This document shows, piece by piece, positions 1-13,361 of a stretch of 64,000 nt of DNA. Source of the DNA: Sphyrna mokarran (Eukaryota); NCBI GenBank assembly GCA_024679065.1, contig JAGIQG010000004.1:63116001-63180000 (forward strand). Direction: 5' to 3'. The notes beneath the pieces are model-generated. The model made no database searches and was not told the origin of the DNA. It saw only the letters and a program-made list of their open reading frames with translations. The position numbers and the translations under genes were made by a program. Position 1 is the stretch's first letter; each line of letters begins with the position of its first letter.

Positions 1-169
1 CCGATTATTACGTTTCCCACCGACCTGATCCTACTTTAGTTTATCTAGCCCCGTCGACAAATATATGCATTAATTATGTGTATGCATGAGTAGATACAAA
101 CCAAAGTCACGTTAATTACAGGATGTGCCTCACGGGTTGATTTTTTTAAATTTCACACTTAGATGTGTC

Positions 170-440
170 AGGGCTGACACTCCAGATCATTACTGGAGGA
201 GCGTTGCACTGTTGGAGGTACGGCACTGTCTTCCCGTTCAGGTGATGGGCTACATATCTTAAAGATACCCTGCAATGCAGTAGAGTTGCACCGATATTTT
301 GATAATTTAAAATAAACTCATAAATTAACCGGCCATTAATTTGATTGTAGTTTGCGGAAACTTTGCCCTTTGCTATCCCAACATTTCGTCAGCTATCATA
401 CTTCAGAAATATTGAACCAGCCATAAAAGTTTGTGGGACA
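170..440 (+). mobile_element. Decayed DeuSINE-type (SacSINE1-like) SINE
   Basis: gctgacactcca...actggaggagcgttgcactgttggagg resembles the Deu-SINE body; recognised by eye, boundaries approximate. Confidence 0.45.
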
Positions 441-984
441 TTCTCAAGAGTGTCAAATATATTCAAGTTTATTCATTTCATACTTTAAAATAAGTGCTGT
501 TCTAAGTAATTACACACAGATTATTAGGATATTTTGTTTAGGATTTCAATTTGGCCCAGTTCTGCAATCACTTCCCTACCTAGAAAACCTCAGTTTTACT
601 AAATGTGAACAGATTTTCTTCTATATGGAACTGATTTGCCAAACCACCTTCCGTTATTGCGAATGTGGATCTGGCGTGGATAGGAACGTTTTACAAATAG
701 CTATAGGATAGACTTAAATCTAACTGGACCTCTCTGAACTAGAAGGAGAGACAGAGAGAACGAGTGAGAGAGAGAGAAAAAGTACTCTGTACAGTTGGTA
801 ACTCAGAAGATTAATCGAGAACGCCATTCGGCCCCAATCAGGCCAATATTATCGCTTTCAAAAAATCTATGCAATTATTGGCACTGCTTTGCTATTATAC
901 ATTAGTTCTGCAAAAAGTTTCCCTTTCCAAATTCGTGGTTGAATTTGCTAATGTCCTATTTTCAGGAAATAATTAGTCTCGAAG

Positions 985-1365
985 CAAGACGTGTTGGGTA
1001 TCCGAAATTGTATTAAGGTCAACAATTCCCTGGGGCCAGATGGGATCTACCCCAGTTTCTGCGAGAGGTAAGTGAAGAAATATGTGGGACCTTAACAGAT
1101 ATTTTCTCATCCTGGTTGACCACAAGCGAAATTCCTGAAGACTGGATAATGTTGTTCTATTGTTTAAGAAAGAATGTAAGGATAATACAGCAAATTATCG
1201 GCCCTAAGTCTGATGGGAAAGCTTTTGGAACTAAGGAACAAGATATATGCACATTTGGAAGAAAATGGATGAGTCAGTGAGAGGCAACATGGTTTTTTAG
1301 GGGGGAGGTCATGCCTTACCAACTTAATTTAGTTTTTTGAAGACGTGATAAAGATAATTGATGAG
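985..1365 (+). mobile_element. Decayed CR1 ORF2 (RT) fragment
   Basis: Remnants of KSPGPDGIYP, PEDW, QHGF and RSCLTNL with frameshifts. Confidence 0.75.
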
Positions 1366-1409
1366 GCACGGGCTGTCACCTCTCAGGACCCGGATGTGTC
1401 TATTGTCTA

Positions 1410-1735
1410 TGAACACTGCTGCTTCACAGCTCTAGGGACCTCAGTTCTATTTTCAGCTTGGGTCACTGTCTTTATACAATGTGCACTTTCTCCTTGTGTC
1501 TGCGTAAGTTTCCTCCTGGTGCTCCAGTTTATTTCCACAGCCAAAGATGTGTGGGTTAGGTTGATAGGCCTAGCTAAAATTGCCACTTAGTGCCCTCAGT
1601 TGCATAGGTTAGAGGGATTAGTGGGTAAATGTGTAGGTATATGGGAGTAGGGCCTGGGTGGCATTGTAGTCAGTGCAAACTCGATGAGTCAGATGGTCTC
1701 TTTATGTGCCGTAGGGATTCCATGCTTTCTATGAA
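1410..1735 (+). mobile_element. HE1-like V-SINE (decayed)
   Basis: tRNA-like head cactgctgcttcacagctctagggacc, V-domain gtgtctgcgt..tttcctcctggtgctccagttt, ccaaagatgtgtgggttagg. Confidence 0.75.
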
Positions 1736-1816
1736 AGCCAACCTTCCGGGTACATCAAAGAACACAAAGAACAACACAGCACAGAAACAGACCCTTTGGT
1801 CCTAATGGTCCTATTT

Positions 1817-3168
1817 GGTCCGGATAGTGAGGAGCATTGTCAGGCGATGCAGCAGGACATAGATAGGCTGGTAGCTTGGGCAGATAGATGGCAGATGGAA
1901 TTCAATCCTGATAAATGTGAGGTGATGTATTTCAGGAGAAAGAATATAGGGGGGAGGTATATGACAAAGGGTAGACCTATTAAGAGTATAGAAACGCAGA
2001 GAGACCTGGTGGTGCAGGTGAAAAAGTCTGAAGGTGGCAGAGCAGGTAGAGAAGGTTGTGAAGAAAGCATATGGCATGCTAGCCTTTATAGGAAGGGGTA
2101 TCGAGTACAAGATGCTTTTTGTTGCAGTTGTATAAAACGTTGGTTAGACCTCATTTGGAATACTGCGTCCAGTTGCGGTCGCCTTACTACCAGAAGGACG
2201 TGGAGACTCTGGAGAGAGTGCAGAGGAGGTTTACCAGGATGCTGCCTGGTATGGAAGCTCTCAGTTACGAGGAGAGGTTAGGGAACTTGGGACTGTTTTC
2301 CTTAGAAAGACGTAGATGTAGAGGAGATGTAATAGAGGTGTACAAGATTATGAGGGGTGTAGATAGAGTAAACAGGGTTAAGCTTTTTCCTAGGGTGGAC
2401 TCGAATAGCACGAGGCATCACGGGCCTCTACGTCTATGTCTTTCTAAGGAGTGAGGGGAATAAGGTATAATTTGGGTGCTAGCGGGAGTTTTTTTCACAC
2501 AGAGGGTGGTGGCGGTTTGGAATGTGCTGCCAAGTAAAGTGGTGGAGGCAGGTACTCTAGAGTTGTTTAAGAAATACTTAGATGGGCACATGAACAGAAT
2601 GGGAATGGAGGGGTATAGAAAACTGATTTAAAATAGGGATCATGAGGCTTGGGAGTTCCTGGGAAGTGTATGAATAGATGATGATATTGATGTACTTGTT
2701 TTTATCCTACAGATGCTTTGGTCCACCTTGTTGTTTAACGAGGGGCATACACGCAATGAGTCGTGAGAGGCTGCTCTTGGATATTTTTTTCGAGAGTATC
2801 CTAGTGCTTCACGTCGTTAGTGGACGCTTGACTTGATGGGCAACACGACAGCTCAGTGGCTATCGCTGTGCTGTTCAGATACATGGATTTGGGCCTGTGT
2901 CTGTGGGAGTTTGCGCATTTTCCCCGTGCTTGCGTGGGTTTTCTCTGGGTGCTCTGGTTTCCTCCCACATCCCAAAGATGCGCTTTTAGGCTAATTGGCA
3001 AAACAAATTCTCCTTAAATTGTCTCAAATTTGGTTTTTAATCCATAGATCTATAAACATAGACAGGAATCACAGGTAGAGGTGGGAACATCGGGGTGGCG
3101 GCGTGGGCTTATTGGGCCGAAGGGCCTGTTTCCCGTGCTGTTTTGTTCTTTGTTCTTTGTTCTTTGTC
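1817..3168 (+). mobile_element. 5'-truncated CR1 LINE with long 3' UTR containing a V-SINE core
   Basis: ORFs 1796..2281 and 2119..2454 (WQMEFNPDKC, LVRPHLEYCVQ, LERVQRRFTRM); 3' UTR shared with 42130-42725 and 45135-45700; tail (TGTTCTT)n. Confidence 0.9.
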
Positions 3169-3169
3169 C

Positions 3170-6100
3170 TATAAGCCCACACCGCCATTTTAACATTCAG
3201 TGAGTGCCCTCTTCTACCTATGACCTTTGTTTGCACTATGGACTCCACAAATTTAGAAAACTACAACCAGATTGAGGGATGCCTAATTTAGGGACAATTT
3301 ATTAACACCATTATCAACCTATGAGCACGTTTTTGGGGTGTGGGAGGAAACTGGAGCACCTGGAGAAAACCCATGCAAGCATGAGGAGAATGTGCAAATG
3401 CCCACAGACACAGGCCCAACTCCATGTATCTGCACAGCAAACAGTGATAGTAAGTGAATTGTCATGTTGCCCGTCAGCTGGTCCAGTTTAAGTGTACACT
3501 AAGGACATGAAGGACTAGGCAACTCTCCAAGCAACATCCAAGAGCAGCCCTCACACGACCCACCACGTGTACCCCCCTTGTTGGAAACAAAGCAGACGAA
3601 ATCACCTGTGGATTAAGAGAAAAGCATCAATGAACATGCACAGCTTATACAGACATTTATAGAATCCCCAGAAGCTCAAACATAAGACAAGTGAGCCATA
3701 AAAAATGTTGGAAGGCCCATAGGAATCTATTGATTTCGAGGAACATCCTAAGGCTCTTGATCCTTAGTTAGAACTATCGTTTGTATCCCTCCATCTCTAG
3801 TCTGCTCATCTGCCTTAAACAACTCTAGTGTGCCTGCCTCCACTACTCTGCTTGGCAGTGCATTCCAGACCCCCACAACCCTCTGCGTTATCTCACTCTA
3901 ACATCTGAATTATACCTTGCCCCTCTCATCTAAGTTCTTCGTGATTTTTGTATCCAACCTGGGAAAAAGCTTACCACTGTTCACTCTATCTATAGACTTC
4001 ATAATCTTATACACCTCTATTTGACCTCCCCTCATTCTCCATCTTTCTAAGGAGAACAGCCCCAATTTGCCCAATCTCTTCTCATAGCTAAGTCCTTCCA
4101 TACCAGGCAGCATCCTAGTAAACCTCCACTGCACTCTCTCCAGGGTCGCCATGTCCTTCTGGTAATACGGTGACCAGAACTGGACACAGTACTCAAAATG
4201 TGGTCTAACCAACGTTCTATACAACAGCAACATTAGACGCCAGCTTTTATATTCTATATCCTTTCCTATGAAGGCAAGCATGCCATAAGCTTTCTTCGCC
4301 ATCTTCTCCACCTGTACTGCCACCTTCAAGGACTTGTACACTTGCACATCAGGGTCCCTCTATGTTTCTATACTCTTAATAGTCCTACCATTTATTGTAT
4401 AACTCCCCCCTACATTATTTCTTCTAAAATGCATCACCTTGCATTTATTTGGATTAAATTCCATCTGCCATTTCTCTGCCCAATTTACCAGCCTATCTAT
4501 ATCCTGCTATATTGCCTAACACTGCTCATCACTATCAGCAAATCCAGCCATCTTTGTGTCATCTGGAAACTTGCTGACCACACCAGTTACTCCCTCTTCC
4601 AAGTCATTTATGTATATTACAAATAGCAAAGGTCCCACAACTGAGCCCTGCAGCATACCACTAATCACAGACCTCAGCTAGAAAAATACCCTTCCACTAC
4701 TATCCTCTGTCTCCTGTTACCAAATTAGTTCACAATCCATCTAGCCACCTGTCCTTGTATCCCATGAGTTTTAACCGTTTTAACTAACCTACCATGAGGA
4801 GCTTTTGAAATCTCATGGTACTTACTGAAATCCATGTAGACGACATCCACGGCTTTTCCTTTGTCAACCATTTTTGTTACCTCCTCAAAAAATTCTGCCA
4901 GATTTGTAAGGCATAATCTCCCCTTTACAAAGCCATGTTGCCTATCACTCATCAGATTGCCATGCTCTAAACGCGTATATATCCTATCTCTAAAAATCCT
5001 TTCTAACAACTTCCCTATCACTGACGTCAAACTATCCGGCCTATAATTACCCGGGTTATCCCTACTACCCTTTTTAAACAATGGTACCACGTTCACTATC
5101 CTCCAGTCTTCTGGGACCTCACCTGTGTCCAAAGAAGAGACAAAGATTTGCATCAGAAGCCCAGCAATTTTCATCTCTCATCTCCCTAAGCAGCCTAGGG
5201 TAAATGCCATCAGGCCTGGAGATTTATCAGTTTTAATACTACCTAAAAATCCTAACACTCCCTCCCTTGAAATGGATATTTTCTCCAACAGGTCTACAAC
5301 TCCCTCCAAAACATTACCAAACAACAAGTCTCTCTCCTTCATGAATGCTGACGCAAAGTATTCATTCAGGATTTTCCTCATTCCGTTGGGCTCTAAGCAT
5401 AGTTCCCCTCCTCTGCTTCTAAGAGCTCAGTTCTTTTTTCTAATCATTCTTTTGTTCCTAATATATGAGTAAAAATGATTTTCCTTAATCATGACTGCCA
5501 AGACCATTTCATGCCCTCTGTTTGCCCTTCTTAACTCCCCGTTTGAGTTCCCTCCTATTCTCTCTGTATTCCTCCAAACCTTTCTCCACTTCCAATTGCT
5601 TGGTTCTAACATACAAGTTTCTTTTCTTCCTGATCAAGTCCTCAATATCCCTAGTTATCCACAGCTCTCTAATCCTACCTTTTCTATCCATCCTTTTAAT
5701 AGGCACATGCCAGTTCTGCAAACTTATCAGTTGTCCCTTAAAAGACTCCCACATGCCAGATGTGGATTTACCCTGAAACAACCTCACCCAGTCAGTAGCT
5801 ATAAGTTCCTACCTAATTTGACTGTAGCTAGCCTTCCCCCAATTTAGCAACCTCCTCTTTGGACAGCACTCACTCTTTTCCATTAGTATCCTGGAGTAGG
5901 CAGAATTGTGGGCACTACTGGCCATGTGTTCCCCTATTGAAACCTCGACCACCTGATCAGTATCATTCCCCCGAATTAAGTCCAGTATAGCCCCCTCTCT
6001 AGTCAGCCTAGCTACATACTGCCCCAAAATGTGAATGGGGACATTTTACAAATTTGTCCCCGTCCAGCCCCACAGCCCTAGGCACCTTCCAATCCACGCC

Positions 6101-6328
6101 AGGGAGATTAAAGTATTCCACTACAACAACACTATTTTTTCTGCATCTATCCAGAATTTCTCTACATATTCTTTCTTCCACCTCCCATAGGCTATTGGGT
6201 AGCCTATAGTATACCCCCAGCATAGTGATTGCTCCTTTCCTGTTCCTGAACTCCACCCATCGTGGCTCATTTCCCTACTCCTCTAAATTGTCCTCCATCC
6301 GCACTGCTACAATGTGGTCCTTAACAAA
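3170..6328 (-). mobile_element. Older CR1 LINE (EN+RT, disrupted) with related V-SINE-containing 3' UTR
   Basis: Minus-strand ORFs 3910..4347, 4725..5174, 5809..6027 and 6008..6256 carry CR1 ORF2 motifs. Confidence 0.88.
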
Positions 6329-8135
6329 CAACATAGAACATAGAACATAGAACATTACAGCACAGAACAGGCCCTTCGGCCTTCGATGTTGCACCGACCA
6401 ATATAAAATGCAATGCCCCTCCAAACTAAACCATTCCCTTCTCTTCCATATACTTATCAACTAAGCTCTTAAACGTCACCAAACTTGGCGCATCTACAAC
6501 TGCTGCAGGCAGGGCATTCCACTCCCGAACCACCCTTTGGATAAAGAACCTGCCTCTGATATCCATCCTATAACTATCACCCCTTAATTTAAAGCTGTGT
6601 CCCCTCGTGCTAGCTTTTTCCATCCTAGGAAAAAGGCTATCACTGTCCACCCTATCTAAACCTCTAATCATCTTATATGTTTCGATCAGGTCCCCTCTTA
6701 TCCTCCTCCTTTCTAACGAAAACAACCTCAAATCCCTCAGCCTCTCCTCATAAGACCTGCCCTCCATACCAGGCAACATCCTGGTAAACCTCCTCTGTAC
6801 CCTCTCCAATGCCTCCACATCTTTCTTATAATTGGGGACCAGAACTGCACACAATACTCCAAGTGCGGCCGCACTAGAGTTTTGTACAGTTGCAACATGA
6901 CATTGCGGCTCCGAAATTCAATCCCTCTACCAATAAAAGCCAAGACTCCATATGCCTTCCTAACAACCTTCTCGACCTGATTGCCTACTTTCAGGGATCT
7001 ATGCACATACACACCAAGATCCCTCTGTTCATCTAGACTACTAAGAATCCTACCATTTGCCCTATACTCTACACATTTCTTATTTCTGCCATAGTGCATT
7101 ACCTCACACTTTTCCACATTAAACTCCATTTGCCACCTCTCGGCCCAGCTCTGCAACTTGTCTAAGTCCCTCTGCAAACTATAACACCCCTCTTCACTAT
7201 CTACCATCCACCGACTTTAGTGTCATCTGCAAATTTACTAATCCATCCTTCAATACCCTCATCCAGATCATTTATAAAAATTACAAACAGCAGGGGCCCC
7301 AAAACAGCCCCCTGAGGTACACCACTTGTCACTGAACTCCAAGATGAATATCTCCCATCAACCACCACCCTCTGTCTTCTATCTGCTAGCCAATTCCTAA
7401 CCCAATTAGCTAATCACCCTCTATCCCATACATCTGCATTTTCTGCAGAAGTCTTCCATGGGCCACCTTATCAAACGCCTTACTAAAGTCCATATATACT
7501 ACATCAACCGCCTTACCCCCCATCCACCTCTCTGGTCACTTTCTCAAAAAACTCAATGAGGTTAGTAAGGCATGACCTACCCTTCACGAAACCATGCTGA
7601 CTATCCCCAATCAATTCATTTCTCTCTAAATAACTATAAATCCTATCCCTAATAATTCTCTCCAATACCTTGCCCACAACAGAAGTAATACTCACTGGCC
7701 TATAATTCCCTGGAAGGTCTCTCTTCCCCTTCTTAAACAATGGGACCACATTCGCTATCCTCCAGTCCTCCGGAACCCCACCCGTAACCAACGAGGACCT
7801 GAAGATCAGAGCCAGAGGCTCTGCAATCTCCTCTCTTGCCTCCCAGAGAATCCTAGGGTAAACCCCGTCCGGCCCAGGGGACTTATCCAACTTCAAACCC
7901 TCGAGAATATCTAGCACATCCTCCCTATCTATTTCGATACCTTCCAGTTTGCTACCCTGTACCTCAGTGTTCTCCATAACTACATTTACATCACCCTGCG
8001 TGAATACCGAAGAGAAATATTTATTCAGTACCTTTCCAATCTCCTCAGGCTCCACGCACAACTTCCCACTGCTGTCTATGACTGGCCCTAATCTTGCCCT
8101 AACCAATCTTCTATTCTTAACATATCTAAAGAATA
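6329..8135 (-). mobile_element. Young 5'-truncated CR1 LINE, (TGTTCTA)n tail
   Basis: ORFs 6426..6854, 6737..7207 and 7513..8106; tail acatagaacatagaacatagaacattacagc; near-identical to 54129-56550 and 48142-48869. Confidence 0.92.
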
Positions 8136-8429
8136 TGTCTCCTATCCCTAGAAGGTTTAAGTGTTTAAGGCTCAGAGTTATTATAGATTGTCCTTTAAGT
8201 TCCTTTCAGACAAATTTAACACTTCCATCAGCTAGGTTGCAGTAATTCGGATATCATTCATATTGGAACCAATGGTCGAGGCAAAGAGATTGAATGGCAG
8301 GCATTAAGAGAACAGAGAAGAGTGATTAGATTATGTTTTAATGTGATAAAACTTGGATTCCATTGCAAATCTAGGTTTAAATGTTTATTCAATGGATTTT
8401 ATGTCTGTATTGTGGCCAAGCGAAGAATA

Positions 8430-9000
8430 TAGTAACATATAGCACAGTACAGGCCCTTCGGCCCTCAATGGTGTGCCAAGCTATGTCTAAACCCAAGATC
8501 AAGCCACCCCACTCCCTATAATTCTGTTGTGCTCCATGTGCCTATCCAATAACTGCTTGAAAATTTCTAAAGTGTCCGACTCACTATCAGAGCAGGCAGT
8601 CTATTCCACATCCCAACCACTCTCTAAATGAAGAATCTATCTTGGGCATCCCTCCTATATGTCCCACCATGAACCTTATAGTTATGTCCCCTAATAACAG
8701 CTACATCCTCCCGAGGAAATAGTCTCTGCACATCCATTCCATCTATCCCCGTCATCATTTTTTAAACCTCTATTAAGTCACCTCTCATCCTCTGCCCTTC
8801 TAAAGAGAAAAGCCCCAGCTTCCTCAACCTTTCCTCAGAAAACTTATCCTCCAAACCAGGCAGCATCCTGGTAAATTTCCTCTGCACTCGCTTCAACGTT
8901 TCCACACCCTTCTTATGATGACGTGACCAGAACTGAACACAATATTCAAAATGTGGTCTCACCAAAGTCCGGTATAGTTGCAGCATAACCCCACGGCTCT
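8430..9000 (-). mobile_element. CR1 3' fragment
   Basis: ORF 8762..8986 LVRPHFEYCVQFWS...RGDLIEV. Confidence 0.85.
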
Positions 9001-9094
9001 TTTACTTTTCTTACTGCAGAATTGCTTTCAATATATACATATTATGCAAGTGTGCATGCAGTGTGAACCAGAATCATGAGCAAGAGGTTAATAG

Positions 9095-10430
9095 ATAGCT
9101 CTTATCACACAATGGCCATGCTTTGGTTTCCTCTGGACAGAGCAGGAGCTATACCAAACTGTGATGCAATTAGAAAAAATACTTTCTAAGGTGCATCTGT
9201 AAAAGCTGCTGAGAGTCGCAGCTGACATTTCAAATTTCTTTAGTCTTTTGAGAGAGTAGAGGGTTTCCTTAACTATAATGTTGGCATGGGGGGAGGCAAG
9301 AACAGGTTGTTGGTAATCTGGACACCTAAAAACCTGAAACTATCGACCCTTTCTATTTCATCCCTATTGATGTCGACAAGGGCATGTTCCCTTTTATGCT
9401 TCCTGGAGTTGATGACAATCTCCGCCATTTTGTTGACATTGAGGCAGAGATTATTGTTGCTGCTGCAGTACGCCTATCTATCTCATTCCTGTACTCTGTC
9501 TCATCATTGTTTGAGATCCGATCCACTATGATGGTGTCATGAGCAAACTTGAAAATTGAATTGGGGAATTTGGCTATTCAGTTATGGATGCATAAGGAAT
9601 TTAGTAAAGTGCTGAGAACACAACCTTGTGGGACATCGATGTTGAGGATGATCGTGGAGGATGTGTTGCTGCCTATCCTTAGTGATTGTGGTCTGTGAGT
9701 TAGGAAGTTCAAGATCCAGTCGCAGAGGGAGGTGCCAAGGCCTAGGCCACGGAGTTTGGAGATGTGTATTGTGGGAATAGAAGTTGGAGGCTGAGCTGTA
9801 ATGAATGAACTGGACCTGACATAGGGATCTTTGTTATATAGGCATTCCAAAGTTGAGTGCAGGGCCAGAGAGATGGCATCTGCTGTGGATCTTTGTGACA
9901 GTAGGCAAATTATAGTGGATCCAAGTTGTCTGGAAAACTGGAATTGATTTGTGCCATGAATAGCCTTTTGAAGCGCTTCATCATGATGGATGTCAAAGCT
10001 ATCAGCCAGTAGTCATTAAGGCAAGCTGCTTGGTTTTTCTTAGGTACTGGAATGATGATCATCTTCTTGAAGTAGATGAGGACCTCAGATTGTTGTAAAA
10101 AGAGGTTGAAGATATCTGTGAATACCTCTACAGGCTGATCCATGCAGGATCTAAGTGCTCATTCAGGTTCCCGGTTCGAGCCAGTCGCTTTCTGTAGGTT
10201 GACCTTCAAGAAAGCTGATTTGATATCTGCAAACATGGCCCGAGATACAGGTTCAGCCAGGGCTCCTAGGATGAAGGGCATGCTCTTGCTGACCTCTAGC
10301 TCACAACGAGCATAGAATGCATTGAGCTCATCAGTGTGTCCGAGGAGTTCTTTACTGAAGTGTGTCACGTGCTGATAGCTTTTGATGCAGTTTAGTAAGG
10401 AACTCCTTGGTGAAGAATGGATACCACACA
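9095..10430 (-). mobile_element. Rex1/Babar-type LINE RT fragment (decayed)
   Basis: FTDIFNLFLQQSEV...IIPVPKK...[18 protein letters not shown] and [15 protein letters not shown]...PQGCVLS, typical of Rex1. Confidence 0.8.
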
Positions 10431-10829
10431 TGCACACTCTTCCTCATTAGGATTCTGGTGGAACCACCATGCACTGAATATCTTAGGAAAATATAACTTT
10501 CTGTTGAGAGATTTTCCCCTTGCCACATTTCTACTTTCAATGGCCTATTTTCATTCTTCCAACCATGTTGATCTCTAACATGAGAACAGGCTGGAGGTAG
10601 GCTAGACAAAGTAAGGATGGGCAGATTCCCCTCCTAAAGGGGAACCAGATGGGTACTTAAGACAGTGATTCATGGTTTTCATTCGAATTCTAATTCTTGA
10701 TGTTAATTTAATTCAAATTTCACGATCTGTTGTGGTGGTGATGCGAACCCGAGTCTATCAGATCTCTGGATGGCGAGTCAAATGACAATGCCACGATGTC
10801 ATTTCTACCCTATGTAAGGGTGCTGACTA

Positions 10830-11640
10830 GATTATTGAGCTCCAAAATACCAGGGCTGCTGCCAAAATTTCATTGCCTGCTGACTGAAGTTGATGACAAC
10901 GGGACCATTTTCTTGTTTTGGAAGGAAAGGCAACAGAAAGAACGTCGGCGTGGGAGATGAGTCAGACATAACTGAGAGCACTGTCAACAACTCTGGGTGA
11001 GAAATCGCGATTAAGGAAGAAGAAACACATATTAGCAGCACCATTATGGAAAGTCATATCACCGCAATAGATGCTACAAAGATGAACGCACTAAGAGATT
11101 AGGATGGAATCCTCAAAAGACTTGGGTGTGAAGAGCTGCATTCAAGGTAACTGTCGGAGTCGCTGGACTTGTAATGGATACTAGTCGGCAGTCTACCGTC
11201 AAAAATGAAAAGCTGAAATAAGGGAAAGAAATCGTATGAGATGAACAATTTGATAGATTAGTGGAAATTAGAAGTGAAATTGATATTTTTTCCAGGCCCA
11301 GATACGAACACGAGTAGCAATGAAATAATTGTTAATGTACCAGTAAAAGAGTTATGGCAGACAGTCAAAATAGGACTGGAAGAAAGAATGTTCCACATTC
11401 GTTCTAAAAAGACAGGCATAAATAGGATCCATACAAACACTATCACCACACATCTTAGCCACGATCGCCACCATTTACAGTTACATAGTCTTTTTGTCTG
11501 ATACCTTTATAAACTACCACACCAGACCCCCCACCCTCCAACCCTGACAGTATAAATATCGTCCTGTTTTCTATTGTCTTCAGCTCTAACGAACGATCAT
11601 CCATACTCGAAACATTAGCGCTATTCCTTGTAAAATGGAT
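10830..11640 (-). mobile_element. Penelope-like element remnant
   Basis: Minus strand reads INFTSNFH...GRLPTSIHYKSSDSDSYL..SSSHP, matching the PLE RT motif KPTDSHSYLDYTSSHP. Confidence 0.6.
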
Positions 11641-12139
11641 GTCACTGAGTCAATATCTGACCAAACTTGGGTCAGTGAGGATACATCAAACGGATTGATT
11701 GAACAGTGACATGGTTGCTTGATTTGCTCACATAAACCACATATCTCCTTTAGAGGGCAGAGCAATGTACAGGATCTCCTGCAACATGAAAGTACCTCTC
11801 AAAATCGCACGAAACACTACGGCCTATTGTGCAAGTGAGCGCCGACTGCCGTTCCCATTTTGCTTGATTATACAGTCCGGCATGCTGTGCTTCTATAATT
11901 TCAGTGGTGGGAATTGGTTGATATACTAGCTTCCGTGGCAAACTCTTACATTGTCCTATTCTTTTCTTTAGGACACCGTGGTTCTCAACTAAACACTTCT
12001 TTCCTATCTTTATCTTTGATTAATAAATGCAGCATAATCAATGTAACAAGGAGACTAGAGACCCTTTGTCCTTCTGCACATGTAGTCGAGATTAATTTTC
12101 TACAAGGACGATTCGTTCCAAATGGTAATGTTGTGCTTT

Positions 12140-12325
12140 TACCCAGGCAGTGCTCTCTTCCAATGTCAAGGCTCAGGTTCTATTCTATCCTTTGGTGACT
12201 GTGTACTTTGCACATTCTCCCTGAGTCTGCGTGGGTTGCCTCCGGGTTCTCCGGTTTCACTCCACAGTCCAAAGGTGTACAGGTGGATTGGCCATGCTAC
12301 ATGTGCGGGATGGTTCTATGTTTGA
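12140..12325 (+). mobile_element. V-SINE fragment
   Basis: tttgcacattctccctgagtctgcgtgggttgcctccgggttctccggtttc..cacagtccaaag. Confidence 0.7.
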
Positions 12326-12926
12326 ATATACATATCATTAAATTCCTCAGCAGGACAAATCTCCCTTCCCCAAAACGGAAAACAACGGAGGTGTAAAGTA
12401 CGTCAAAGGTCGGCATTACTGATTGCATTTTGATAGTAGAATGGTTACCATTCATTGGACAGTTTATTGCAACATGGTTGCTTTTATGAATTATTAAATT
12501 TAAAAGCGACATAGAGTAACAACATGAACAGCCAGATAGTGTTCTCCATATGATTTATGTGGAGTTTACAGTAGTCTCCCAGTCTATAACGGGAGACCTG
12601 GAATTTATTACTGAATTGATCGGTCACTGTACTTGAAATCTTTCAGATCTGCTACATTATGGTATGACATAATAACCCGTCTCATCTAAAACAGTGTAGC
12701 GTACTGAGGAGTCATTTATTACAGTTCTCAGAATTCCTCTCTAATCAGTCGACAATGAACGCAAATTCTACACCAATTGGTAATGGATGGAATTATTTAT
12801 TTATCTTTTTTTTTTCGGAAAGACTGCCAGCAGAAAACTCCTGGTAAACAGCTCAGCAGAAAGCCTCACGGAAATTGTATACAAAGAGCTACATTTCATC
12901 ACTTTTCCTCAAAGCAGGAGTCCTGA

Positions 12927-13090
12927 GAGGAAGTTGGTCCAACTGAATGTAACTGTGTTCTCTGTGGCTTTTTTTCTGGCAAATGTACAAAAGTTTTAAA
13001 AATTTCACAAAACTTATATGTTCTCGGATGAAAGACAGGATGTCGCGCCTTCATTATGACGTTTCACATTTTCCGCCTTCTTACAAACAA
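12927..13090 (+). promoter_or_regulatory. Putative proximal promoter of gene A (ETS/PU.1-like GAGGAAGT, CRE half-site TGACGTT, TTCCGC, TTACAAACAA)
   Basis: Motifs at 12927-12934, 13057-13063, 13071-13076 and 13081-13090, just upstream of the ATG; three of them recur upstream of gene B. Confidence 0.4.
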
Positions 13091-13136
13091 GCAGTCATTT
13101 CATGGACTGTCTCTCTACTTGATCGAATTGTTCAGA

Positions 13137-13191
13137 ATGTTGGCTAGTGTGACAATTCCGTGCATTACTGTTCTCGGAATCATTTTTACAG
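13137..13191 (+). CDS. Gene A exon 1: signal peptide of VJ-C1-TM-ITIM IgSF receptor (MLASVTIPCITVLGIIFT/G)
   Basis: ATG at 13137, hydrophobic leader, phase-1 donor G|GTATCT, 170-nt intron to V exon; paralogous to gene B leader (VLGII shared, same GTATCT donor). Confidence 0.85.
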
Positions 13192-13361
13192 GTATCTGCT
13201 CATATTATGCTTTGTTTTCTCATTTAATCTCATAGTTATGTATCTTTGTTTTGGTGCAGCATGTTTCATTGTCCTTTACAAATATTATCTGAATCCCTTT
13301 CCTCCTTCTCTCCCTCCTGTAATATGATATCATTATTACATTTTTACATTTTTCCCCATAG

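Noticed and set aside
6329-6360. CRISPR-like or satellite array of ATAGAAC repeats
   Set aside because: These are CR1 3' microsatellite tails; no spacers; vertebrate DNA.
11581-11625. Hammerhead ribozyme at a Penelope-like terminus
   Set aside because: Core reads CTAACGA...GAAA rather than CTGANGA, and the stems are not evident; at best a decayed remnant.
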